Source of the DNA: Anaeramoeba ignava BMAN
Lineage: Eukaryota > Protista > Anaeramoebae
NCBI GenBank assembly: GCA_028826165.1
Contig: JAPDFW010000070.1
Coordinates: 992,001 to 1,056,000, forward strand
Direction: 5' to 3'
Length of the DNA stretch: 64,000 nt
A program made the translations under genes and the position numbers. Each line of letters starts with the position of its first letter. Position 1 is the first letter of the stretch. The notes under the pieces are model-generated. The model searched no databases. It had not been told where the DNA came from and was given only the letters and a program-made list of their open reading frames with translations. Of the stretch, positions 41,622-54,409 are shown piece by piece.

Positions 41622-44600
41622 ATGGATAACAATAATAATAACCAAATTGAAAATCAAAATGAAAATCAAAATGAAAATCAAAATGAAAATGAAATGAAAA
41701 ATTTAGAAAAAAAAGTAACAAAAAATTTAATTAAAGATTATTCAAACCTTTTAAATGGAAATTCATTTAAAGATTTTTCAATTTTTGTTGAGAATAAATC
41801 AAATCCTTTTGAAATTAAAGTTCATAAATCAATTTTATCTTCAAGATCTCCTTTTTTTAATGAGTTTTTAAAAGGAGAAAATCATGTGAATTCTATTTCT
41901 TTAAATCAATTTAATAAAAAAGAAATGGAATCAATTTTGAGTTATATTTATTATGGAAATATTTCTTTTGAGAATCAAGAAAATCTTATTCAATTATTGG
42001 AAATTTCAATTTATTTTAAATTAAATTTATTGAAAGAAATTATTCAAAAAAAAATTTTAAATTCAATTAATTATTCAAATTTTTTCCAATTTTTATTCCA
42101 AAATCGAAATTTAAATTCAAATGAAATTGAAATAAAATGTTTTGAATTAATAAATCAAAATTTTTCCCAAATTCAAAATAATGAAAATTTATTCAATTTA
42201 ACTAAAGAAGAAATTATCAAATTTATTCAATTTAAACAAGAAAAAAAAGAAATTTTTCAATTTGATTTTTTTCAATTTTTAAATAATTGGATTAAAAAAA
42301 GAAATAAATCATTAAAATTAAGGAAATATGAACACAAAATGAATGAAAAGAAAAGATTATTTCATTCTTTTTTTTCATTATTTGATAAAGATTCAATTTC
42401 AAAACAAGATTTTGATAAATTAAAACAATTTGATATTTTTCTTCCAAAACATTTATTAATTAATCTTGAAAGAACTATTTTTGAAATTCAAGATCAAGAA
42501 AAAGAAAAGAAAATCAAAGAAAAAGAAAAGGAGAATCAAAAATTGAAATCCAAAACTGAAAAACAAAATCAATGGAATCAAAAATTGAAATCAGAAAATG
42601 ATAAACAAAAACAGGAAAATGAAAAGAAAGATAAAATTCTCAAACAAAAAGATGAAGAAATTCAAAATCTTAAATTATCTTTTGAAAAAGAAAATGAAAA
42701 AGAAAATGAAAAAGAAAATGAAAAAGAAAATCAAAATCAAAATCAAAATCAAAACAAATTGATGAAGATTTTTTCAAATTCAAAAATTATTAAAGATATT
42801 GAATATGTTAAGAAATTAAAAGAATGGATAAATGATAATAAATTCTTTTCTAAAATGAAAAAAGGATTTTCAGCAAAAAGAGATGGATTTAATTCTCAAA
42901 ATTGGCATAAAGCAGTTGATGGGAAAGGAAAAACATTAGTTATTATCAAAACAAAAGATAATTTTATTTTTGGAGGATTTACTAAAGTTGGATTTACAAA
43001 TGATAAATCAAAATGGAGAAAAAAAGATAGAAATTATGATTGGGGATATATTCCAGATTCAAATGCATTTATTTTTTCATTAAGAAATGATAAAGGAGAT
43101 AGAAAACCAGAGAAGTTTACAATTAAAAAAGGAAAAGAAGAATATGCAATTTATTATAATTTAAATTCTGGTCCATTTTTTGGAAGTAAATATAAATAAT
43201 TTATATTTAATAAATAATTATTATTATAATTAAAATTAAATTAATAAATAATTCAAAATATTAATATAATAAATAAATTATATTTAATAAATAATTATTA
43301 TTATAATTAAATTATTATTAATTATTATTAAAATTAATTATTTATCTTTATTAAAATAGGTGGTAAATAAATTATGATTAATAAATAATTATTATTATAA
43401 TTAAAATTAAATTAATAAATAATCCAAAATATTAATATAATAAATAATATTATTATTTCAATTTAAAATAAAATTAATTTTAAATTAAATTATTAATAAT
43501 TATTATTAAAATTAATTATTTATCTTTATTAAAATAGATGGTAAAATAATTTATGATTTAATAAATATTTATTATTATAATTAAAATTAAATTAATAAAT
43601 AATCCAAAATATTAATATAATAAATAATATTATTATTTAAATTTAAAATAAAATTAATTTTAAATTAAATTATTATTAATTATTATTAAAATTAATTATT
43701 TATCTTTATTAAAATAGCTGGTAAATAATTTATATTTAATAAATATTTTTTATTATTATAATTAAAATTAAATTAATAAATAATCCAAAATATAAATAAT
43801 ATAATAAATAATATTATTATTTAAATTTAAAATAAAATTAATTTTAAATTAAATTATTATTAATTATTATTAAAATTAATTATTTATCTTTATTAAAATA
43901 GATGGTAAATAATTTATGTTTAATAAATATTTATTATTATAATTAAAATTAAATTAATAAATAATCCAAAATATTAATATAATAAATAATATTATTATTT
44001 TTAAATTTAAAATAAAATTAATTTTAAATTAAATTATTATTAATTATTATTAAAATTAATTATTTATCTTTATTAAAATAGTTGGTAAATAATTTATATT
44101 TAATAAATATTTATTATTATAATTAAAATTAAATTAATAAATAATCTAAAATATTAATATAATAAATAATATTATTATTTAAATTTAAAATAAAATTAAT
44201 TTTAAATTAAAATTATTAAAATTAATTATTTATCTTTATTAAAATAGTTGGTAAATAATTTATATTTAATAAATATTTGTTATTATAATTAAAATTAAAT
44301 TAATAAATAATCCAAAATATTAATATAATAAATAATATTATTATTTCAATTTAAAATAAAATTAATTTAAAATTAAATTATTATTAATTATTATTAAAAT
44401 TAATTATTTATCTTTATTAAAATAGTTTGTAAATAATTTATATTTAATAAATATTTATTATTATAATTAAAATTAAATTAATAAATAATCCAAAATATTA
44501 ATATAATAAATAATATTATTATTTCAATTTAAAATAAAATTAATTTTAAATTAAATTATTATTAATTATTATTAAAATTAATTATTTATCTTTATTAAAA

Positions 44601-44951
44601 TAGTTGGTAAATAATTTATATTTAATAAATATTTATTATTATAATTAAAATTAAATTAATAAATAATCCAAAATATTAATATAATAAATAATATTATTAT
44701 TTCAATTTAAAATAAAATTAATTTTAAATTAAATTATTATTAATTATTATTAAAATTAATTATTTATCTTTATTAAAATATTTATAGGTGATATTGAGTT
44801 AAATTATAAATTACAATCTGGTGAATCAAATTTTGGTGAAAGTTATAATCTACCTAATGAAATTGAATATGATACAAAGGAAGCACAAAGTTATTTAGCT
44901 GGTTCTTTTGATAAATGGGTTGTTGATGAAGTTGAAACTTATTTCATTTAA
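41622..44951 (+). CDS. BTB + coiled-coil + TLDc domain protein, copy A
   Basis: Exon 41622-43185 carries BTB (VHKSILSSRSPFF) and TLDc motifs (FSAKRDGF, KTLVIIKT, FIFGGFT, AFIFSL, GPFFG). Terminal exon 44788-44951 encodes DIEL...YLAGSFDKWVVDEVETYFI*. The putative micro-exon array lies between them. Confidence 0.85.
43186..44787 (+). other. Array of 9 near-identical ~163-181-bp GT-AG introns separated by 8 putative 3-nt micro-exons
   Basis: TTAAAATAG|NNN|GTAAA at 43360-62 GTG, 43538-40 ATG, 43718-20 CTG, 43902-04 ATG, 44082-84 TTG, 44248-50 TTG, 44426-28 TTT and 44604-06 TTG. The repeat is certain; exon use is inferred. Confidence 0.75.
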
Positions 44952-45384
44952 AAACTTTTTTTCATTTTTTTTTCAAAATTAAATTCAATTTTAATTTACT
45001 TTCAATCAAATTAAATTCTTCAAATCAATAAATAAGAAACAAACCTAATTTTAATTTTAATTTTAATTTTAATTTTGATTTAAAAATATTATTAAAAAGA
45101 AGATTAAATTTAAAAAAGAAAAATCAAAAATATATAAAAATTGAAAATAAAAATTAATTATTATTAATTGTAAAATATTTTATAAAATATAAAATAAGAA
45201 ACAAATAAATTATAATTTATTATTAAAAAATTATTTAATAAAGAAATAAATTGAAAATATTTTTAAATAATAAAATATTTAAATCTAAAACATTAAATTA
45301 TTATTTTAATAATAAAATTAAATATTAAATTAAATTAATTTTCATTTTTCATTTTTAAATTTTTTTTTCAAATTTTTATTTAAA

Positions 45385-47437
45385 ATGAAAACTTATTCAA
45401 ATTTAGAAAAACTTTCAAATGATTTAAAAAATTTATTTCAAAACCAAAATCAAAATGAAAAAGAAAAAGAAAGTTATTTTGATTTTGAAATAATTTGTGA
45501 ACAAAATCAAACTTCATTCAAAACTCATAAATCAATTCTTTCTTCAAGAAGTGAATATTTTAAAACTCTTTTTAAATCAAAAATGAAAGAATATCAAGAA
45601 AATAAATTAATTCTAAAAGATGTTTCAAGTTCAATTCTATTTTCAATTTTAAATTATTTTTATTCAGGAAAAATTGAAATTAATTTAGAAAATGCTGTTG
45701 AAATTTTAATTTTTTCATCAAAATATTTAATTGATGAATTAATTGAAACTTGTTTAAATTTTATCAAAAACAATTTACAAATTGAAACTATTGTTGATGT
45801 TCTTAAATTATCTGAATCAATGAACTTAAATAAATTATTGAATTCTTCTTATAAATTTATTTCAAAAAATTTTGAAGAATTTATTAAAACTCCTTTTTTT
45901 CTTGAACTTGAAGAAAATAATTTAAATTCAATTTTATCAAATGATTTTCAATCAATAATCAAATGGGGAAAACATAAATCAAATATTAATCAAGAAAAAG
46001 AAAATCAAAAACTTGAAAAAGAAGAAAAAGAAAAATTACAAGATAAAATTTCAAATATTATTGATAAAATCAGATTTATTGATTTCACAAACCACGAACT
46101 TGAAGATATTTTGAAAGAAGATATAATTCCAAATCAAATTTCACAAAAATTAATTCAATTTCAAAACTTCAAAATGATGAAAATCAAAATCGAAATTCAT
46201 TCATTTTCAAATCAATAAAAGAATGGATAAATGATAATGAATTTTTTTCAAAATGAAAAAGGATTTTCAGCAAAAGAGATGGATTTAATTGTAAAATGGC
46301 ATTATCAGAACAAAAGATAATTTTATTTTTGGAGGATTTACTCAAATTGGATGGACAAATGATAAATCAAAATGGAGAAAAGAAGATAGAAATAATGATT
46401 ATGGATGGATTGTTGATTCAAATGCATTTATTTTTTCATTAAGAAATGATAAAGGAGATAGAAAACCAGAGAAATTTCCAATTAAACAACAAAAAGAAGA
46501 ATATGCAATTTATTATCATTTAAATCATGGTCCAATTTTTGGATGTAAATATAAATAATATTTTTATTTAATAAATATTTATTATTATTATAATTAAAAT
46601 TAAATTAATAAATAATCTAAAATATTAATATAATAAATAATATTATTATTTCAATTTAAAATAAAATTAATTTTAAATTAAATTATTATTAATTATTATT
46701 AAAATTAATTATTTATCTTTATTAAAATAGGTGGTAAATAATTTATATTTAATAAATATTTATTATTATAATTAAAATTAAATTAATAAATAATCTAAAA
46801 TATTAATATAATAAATAATATTATTATTTCAATTTTAAAATAAAATTAATTTTAAATTAAATTATTATTTAATCTATTATTAAAATTAATTATTTATCTT
46901 TATTAAAATAGATTGTAAATAATTTATATTTAATAAATATTTATTATTATAATTAAAATTAAATTAATAAATAATCCAAAATATTAATATAATAAATAAT
47001 ATTATTATTTAAATTTAAAATAAAATTAATTTTAAATTAAATTATTATTAATTATTATTAAAATTAATTATTTATCTTTATTAAAATAGGTTGTAAATAA
47101 TTTATATTTAATAAATATTTATTATTATAATTAAAATTAAATTAATAAATAATCCAAAATATTAATATAATAAATAATATTATTATTTAAATTTAAAATA
47201 AAATTAATTTTAAATTAAATTATTATTAATTATTATTAAAATTAATTATTTATTTTTATTAAAATATTTATAGGTGATATTTATTTAGATTCTAATTTAC
47301 AACCTGGTTGTTCAAATTTTGGTAATAGTTATAATTTACCTAATGGAATTAAATATGGAACAAATGAAGTTAGAAGTTATTTGGCTGGTTCTTGGAATAA
47401 ATGGGTTGTTGATGAAGTTGAATCTTATTTCATTTAA
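45385..47437 (+). CDS. BTB/BACK + TLDc domain protein, copy B (several indels at ~46170-46315; pseudogene or poor consensus)
   Basis: BTB motif THKSILSSRSEYF. TLDc is homologous to copy A up to GPIFG (46544). Terminal exon 47274-47437 ends WVVDEVESYFI*. Confidence 0.7.
46545..47273 (+). other. Array of 4 near-identical ~175-186-bp introns separated by 3 putative 3-nt micro-exons
   Basis: AG|GTG|GT at 46731-33, AG|ATT|GT at 46912-14 and AG|GTT|GT at 47090-92. Same repeat unit as 43186-44787. Confidence 0.72.
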
Positions 47438-47630
47438 AAACTTTTTTTCATTTTTTTTTCAAAATTCAATTCAATTTTCATTTACTTTCAATCAATTTAA
47501 ATTCTTCAAATCAATAAATAAGAAACAATTTTATTTTTAATTTTAATTTGATTTTTGATTTTAATTTGATTTTATTTTGGAAGTTCAAGTTTAAAAAAGA
47601 AAAAAAAGGAAATTTTTGTTTGTTGTTGTT

Positions 47631-49252
47631 TTAAATGTAATAAGAATTTTCAACTCTTGAATCATCATTAGAATCATTATCATTAGAATCACTATCGTTT
47701 GAATCACTTTCAGTTACGTCTTCATAACTTTGAATATTTGCATTTGAAGAAATAATATGCTCTACATATTCATCATTTTCATCTGGAAAATCAAATTCGA
47801 ATTCAGCTTCATATTCAAATTCATATTGATTTTGATTTTGATTTTGATTTTGATTTTGATTTTGATTTGAATTTTGTTGTTGATTTTGATTTTGATTTTG
47901 ATTTTGATTTTGATTTTGATTTTTGATTTTCTTTTCAAAATCTTTATCATCAGTTTCTAATTGATATCGACAAATAGGACAAGTTGAATGCTAATATTTC
48001 CAGTTTAAAAAGATTTTTATAAAATAATTTTTCAATCAATTTACAATAAAAAAACAATGGAAAATGATTTCATTTCCTTTGATTTGATTTTTTGGTTTGT
48101 TTTCTTTGATTTTATACTTGTTTTAACCACTCAATTAAGCAATTATGATGGAACTTATGCTTACACGGTAATTCAGAATATTTTTGATTTTCAGAAAATG
48201 TTTCTAAACAAATTGGGCAATTAGCTTTTTCATGGATCATTTTTGGGGTTACTTTTTTCTTTTTTATATTTTTCATTGTTTTTTTTGAAGTTGGAGGAGT
48301 TCCATATCGACTAAATTATCATTTAAAAATCGGAAAAAAATTTTTTGATTTCAATTTTAATTTCAATTTTAATTTTAATTTTAATTTTAATTTTAATTTT
48401 AATTTTAATTTTAATTTTAATTTTAATTTTAATTTTAATTTTAATTTTAATTTTAATTTTAATTTTAATTTTAATTTTAATTTTAATTTTAGATTTTAAT
48501 TATAATTATTTTAATTTTAATTTTAATTTTAATTTTAATTTTAATTTTAATTTTAATTTTAATTTTAATTTTAATTTTAGATTTTAATTTTTATTTCAAT
48601 TTTAATTTTAATTTTAATTTTAATTTTAATTTTAATTTTAATTTTAATTTTAATTTTAATTTTAATTTTAATTTTAATTTTAATTTTAATTTTATAAATG
48701 AATTTTAATAAAAGTTAAATTGGGAATTTTTATTATTTTTTTTAAATAAAAATCGGAAAAAAAAACAAAAATTAATTTACTTATTATCATTTTGCATAAT
48801 TCTTGCAATAATTTGGTCAATATCTTCTTCTGATTCTTGAGGAGCTAAAACATTATCATTTCTTAAAATTCTATTAACAAATAATTTTTTAATTAAATTT
48901 TTAATTTAATTTTTAATTAAAATTTTTAATTTAATTTTTTAATTTAAAATTTTTACCTAAGTAATTGAAGTAAAGGCTGTTCTGGATGATCTGGTGATGA
49001 ACGTGCTAAATCTGTTATCAATCTCATTATATTTCTAAATTCATTATTTCCCATTCCATTTTGTTGTTGATTTTGTTGTTGATTTTGTTGTTGATTTTGT
49101 TGTTGATTTTGTTGTTCATTTTGTTGTTCATTTTCTGATTCTTCAATTTCTTCTAAAAATTCACTTTGACATTCTGGACATTGAAGTTGTGCATTTTCAG
49201 CTATTTCAACTCTATTTTCACAAGAATAACAATAATAAGTTTTTAAAGACAT
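47631..49252 (-). CDS. RNF126/RNF115-like RING-H2 E3 ubiquitin ligase with N-terminal zinc ribbon
   Basis: Exons 49252-48957, 48870-48781, 48310-48118 and 47990-47631. YYCYSC..CPECQSEFLEEI; GTPP; CPICLE..LPCKHKFHHNCLIEWLKQ|HSTCPICR. Confidence 0.88.
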
Positions 49253-50030
49253 TTTTTAAAAAAAAGGAAAAAAGGAAAAAAATGAAAAAAGAAAATCCAA
49301 AAAAAACATTTTTATTTTTGTTTTTGTTTTTAATTTGTTTTTATTTTTATTTTTATTTTTGTTTTTGTTTTTGTTTTTGTTTTTGTTTTTGTTTTTGTTT
49401 TTGTTTTTGTTTTTGTTTTTGTTTTTTTATTCATTAAACAATTTTCAAAAAAAAAAATATTCAAATTGAACATTATTTAGCAATATTTTTCTTCACAAAA
49501 TTTAAAATGAAAAAGAAAACAAAAAAATGATCAAATAACCAAAAAAAAATTTTTTTCTTCAATTTTCTCCTTTTTTTTTCTCATTTTTCTGATCTTTCTT
49601 AATTTTGATTTTGATTTTAATTTTGATTTTGATTTTGATTTTGATTTAAATTTTAATTTAAATTTTAATTTTAATTTTAATTTTGATTTTAATTTTAATT
49701 TTAATTTTAATATTAATTTTAATTTTAATTTTAATTTTGATTTTGATTTTGATTTTGATTTTAATTTCAATTTTAATTTTAATTTTAATTTTAATTTTAA
49801 TTTTAATTTTAATTTTAATTTTAATTTTAATTTTAATTTTAATATTAATTTTGATTTCAATTTTAATTTTAATTTTAATTTTAATTTTAATTTTAATTTT
49901 AATTTTAATTTTGATTTTAATTTTTAATTTTAATTTTAATTTTAATTTTAATTTTAATTTTGATTTTAATTTTAATTTTAATTTTAATTATAATTTTAAT
50001 TTTAATTTTAATTATAATTTTAATTTGAAA

Positions 50031-53000
50031 TTATTTTTGTTTTTGAGATTTTCTTGGTTCAATTTTCAATGACTTTTCAAACATTTGATCTTCTGATAAT
50101 AAATCTTGAAAATTTGTAATTAACATAAAAATTTGATGAATAGATTGAAAATTATAAGAAACTTGTTGATATTGTTGAATTTCAATAATAACATCATAAA
50201 TCAACTTTCTTTTAAAAAAATTAATTAAGTTTCCAATTTTATCTGGATTTCCATCTTCAGTAAAAGTTAAATCAGTAAGAAAAATACCCAAATAAGGAAT
50301 ACAAGGAGGAATAATTTTTTTCAAATATTGTCGATAATTTTTATAAGAAGATTTTGAATCCATTAAATCAACAAAAGATTGATAAATATCATAAATTTTT
50401 TGAGGAACTTGACTCCATGTTGATTTCAACCGAAAAATTGCCGAACTATTTAATCCAGCAATAACAGCCATTAATGTATTGAAATTATTCATTGTTCGAA
50501 GATATTCTCCGATTTTAATAAATTTTATTATCATTGATACTCGATTTGCTAGTTTTATTTGTGAAATTATTGAAGTTGCAATCCATACTGAAAGATCATT
50601 AAATCTTTCAATTAATCGAATAACATTTGGTGAATTATGTTTTAGTTTCTGTTTATTCCAAGCTTGATTAAGCAATTCTTTTGGCTTTATAATTTTATCC
50701 GATTTTAATTTTTTAAATGAATTTTAATTTTATAAATTTGAATTTTAATTTTATAAATGAATTTTAATTTTATAAATGAATTTTATTTTTATAAATGAAT
50801 TTTAATTTTATAAATGAATTTTAATTTTATAAATGAATTTTAATTTTAATTTTAATTTTAATTTTAATTTTATAAATGAATTTTATTTTTATAAATGAAT
50901 TTTATTTTTAATTTTATAAATGAATTTTAATTTTAATTTTAATTTTATAAATGAATTTTAATTTTAATTTTAATTTTAATTTTAATTTTATAAATGAATT
51001 TTAATTTTAATTTTAATTTTAATTTTAATTTTTTATCCGATTTTAATTTTAATTTTAATTTTAATTTTAATTTTATAAATGAATTTTAATTTTATAAATG
51101 AATTTTAATTTTATAAATGAATTTTAATTTTTATAAATGAATTTTAATTTTTATAAATGAATTTTAATTTTATAAATGAATTTTAATTTTAATTTTATAA
51201 ATGAATTTTAATTTTAATTTTTTAAATGAATTTTAATTTTATAAATGAATTTTAATTTTATAAATGAATTTTATAAATGAATTTGAAAAAATACTTTAAT
51301 TTGCTTATAAATATTAAATTCATATAATGTTAATTGCCTCGCAATTTCTTCTTCATCAATATCATTTAAAGTTAATTTTGGACTAAATATATTTTTTGGT
51401 ATTTTTGGTTCTGGTAATGACATATTCAAATATTCACTTTCATTACTTGTTCCTTGGAATTTCTTAGATAAAATTGTTTTTAAAATATGTAAAACAGTTT
51501 GATATCCATCTCTTTGAAGATAATTTTCAGAAAATATAAATAATTTGTGTAAAAGATTTGGATTGAAATCTGAAAAATAATTTTGTATCCAAAGAACAAA
51601 AACATTAACAACTCTTAATTGAATAATTTTTTTCTTTCGTGCAAATTCTTCAGGAACATTATATCTTAAAAATTAGTATAAAAATCCAAATTAAATTCCA
51701 ACTTAAAATATTTATAATTTGCTTTTCTTCTTTTACCTTTCAACTAATTTTTGAAAAAGTATTTCTGGAGTTGTAAATGATTGGTATGTTAACAAGAAAG
51801 TTTTCACAAATGATAAATCAACTGTTAGTTCAGGTGTTAGATTTTCAATTAATTTATTCAATGTAGCTGCTCTTATTGACCCAGTTCTTGATCTCGCTAA
51901 AATAAATATTTTATTAGTATTATTATTATTATTTTTCAATTTAATTTTTTTCATCTTAAAACAATTTACTTTCTTCTGTAAATAAAATATTTTCTCCTTC
52001 ACTTTTTTCTTCCCAAATTGTTAAATGTTCTTGTTTTTTTGATCTAAAAATGAATTATATATATTTATACATATTTCTTTTTTCTTTTTTCTTTTGAAAT
52101 TAAATTTACAAAGTTTCAATTTGAAATTCAACTTCTTTATCTTCTTCATTTTCAATTATTTGATTATTTTCCATTTTTACAAGTTGATTTAAATCTTGAA
52201 CAGCAATTCGAAGTAAATCTGGAAGAAGATTATTATTTGAATAATGATTTTGAACTAAATTATTTATATTTATTAAAAGTGGATCAAAAATAAGAATTTT
52301 TTTCCGTTTTTCTTGTAAATAATTAAACAACGGTTTTCTTTTACATTTGATATTAGTTTGTTTAGTTATTGAATTAACTGTTCTGTGAAAGCCTAAATGA
52401 TGGAGATATTGCATTACTAAATGAAGAACAGCTTTTGAAGAAAGAATTTCTGATTCAGTTTTACTTGATTTATCCAAACAAGAAAAACTAGAAAATTTTT
52501 TAAATGAATTTTTTAAATGGATTTTTTAAATGAATTTTTTTTAAACCTTTTGTTTATAGAAAAAAATCTAGTTCTTTCTCTTAAAGAAAGTAGATCTGGA
52601 TGTGTTCTCATAATTTGAGGAATCCAAGAAGCTCTTGAAATTGTGCCTGTTTGTCCCGATTTTTCTCTTAATTCGACTGGATTTGTAGATTCAAGTAAAT
52701 TTGGATGAAAAAAGCGGAATGCTTGTGTTTTTTGTAATTGTGAAATTTTTGATACAAATTTTTTGCCAATATCAAGGCTTGATACCTAAAATTTTTTGAT
52801 TTTGGATTTTGGATTTTGAATTTAAATTTGATTTTAATTTTAAATTTGATTTTAAATTTAATTTTTATTTTTGATTTTAATTTGATTTTAATTGTAATTT
52901 TGAATTTAATTATAATTTTAATTGTAATTGTAATTGTAATTTTAATTTTAATTTTAATTTTAATTTTTTAAAAATCAAAAACATGAGTTGGTGTTTTCAA

Positions 53001-53508
53001 AAATTTGTTTACAAGACTTGTATGTTTTTAAATTTTGATTTTAATTTGATTTTGATTTTTGTTTTATTTCTTTTTAAATTTAATTTAATTTTAATTTAAT
53101 TTCTAATTTTAATTTTAATTTCTTTTTATTTTATTTTTATTTTTGTTTTAATTCTAATTCATCATTGAATTTATTTTTCACCAATAATTTAATTTTGAAT
53201 TTAAATTCAAAAATAAACAAAAGTGAAAAATCAAAAATTAAATTGAAAAAAAATGGAAAAATGAAAACAAAACAATTTTTAAAATTTCTTTTATTTTTTT
53301 ATTCTTTTTAAATTCTTCAAATAAGATAATTCAATTTCTTCTTTTTTTCTTTTTAGTTTATTCTTTAATTTCTTTTTTTATTTTGAAATTATTTAACAAT
53401 TTTTCTTGTTTAATTCTTCTTTTAATTGTTCTAATTTCTTTTTATCTTTTTGAGTTTTTCTTTTTGATTTAATTTTAATATTTTTTTATTTTTATTTTGT
53501 GATTCCAT
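50031..53508 (-). CDS. LisH-RasGEF (REM + CDC25 domains), multi-exon; 5' end uncertain
   Basis: LisH-like VLHLVMQYLHHLGFHRTV; REM IRAATLNKLIE..FLLTYQSF; CDC25 EIARQLT, NNFNTLMAV, PCIPYLGIFLTDLTFTEDGN. Sequence upstream of ~53000 is not cleanly in frame. Confidence 0.85.
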
Positions 53509-54409
53509 TAAATTTATTAAATTAAAATTAAAAAGAAAAAATGAAAAAATTGTTTATTTTTCAATTTTTAAATTAATTTTAATCAATTTTAATCAATTTT
53601 AATTATAAATTCTTTTAAATCTATTTTAATTTAAATTTTAAAATAAACAAAATTAAAAAATCAAAAATTAAATTGAAAAATGGAAAAATGAAAATTTTAA
53701 AATAAATTCTTTTTAAATTTTTATTCTTTTTATTCTTTTTAAATAATTCAAATCATAAATTCTTTTTAAATTTTTAAATCAATTTTAATCAATTTTAATC
53801 AATTTTAATTTATATTTTTGAAATTATTTAACAATTTTTAAATCTATTTAAATCATAAATTCCTTTTTAAATTTTTAAAATATTTTAAAAAATTTTAATT
53901 TGAGCTTTTAATTCTTTTTAATCAATTTTTAATCAATTTTTAAATTTTTGAGTTTTTCTTTTTGATTTAATTTTAATATTTTTTATTTTAATCATGATTC
54001 TTTTAAATTTAATAAATTAAAATTAAAAAGAAAAAATGAAAAATAATTTTGAAAAATTTATTTTTCAATTTTTAAATCAATTATTTTTTTAAAATTTTTA
54101 AATCTATTTTAATCAATTTTAATCAATTTTAATCAATTTTAATCAATTTTAAATCAATTTTAATCATAAATTCTTTTTAAATTTTTTAAATCAATTTTAA
54201 ATCAATTTTAATCAATTTTAATCATAAATTCCTTTTTAATTTTTTAAATCAATTTTAAATCAATTTTAATCATAAATTCTTTTTTAAATTTTTAAATCTA
54301 TTTTAATCAAAAATTTATTTTTCAATTTTTAAGTCAATTTTAATCAATTTAAGTCAATTTTAATCAATTTAAATAATTTTAAATTTAAATTTTCAATTTT
54401 TTATTCAAT

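Noticed and set aside
43186-44787. CRISPR-like reading of the regular repeat/spacer array
   Set aside because: Repeats are ~175 bp with 3-nt spacers, the context is eukaryotic, there are no cas genes, and the units are bounded by splice sites.
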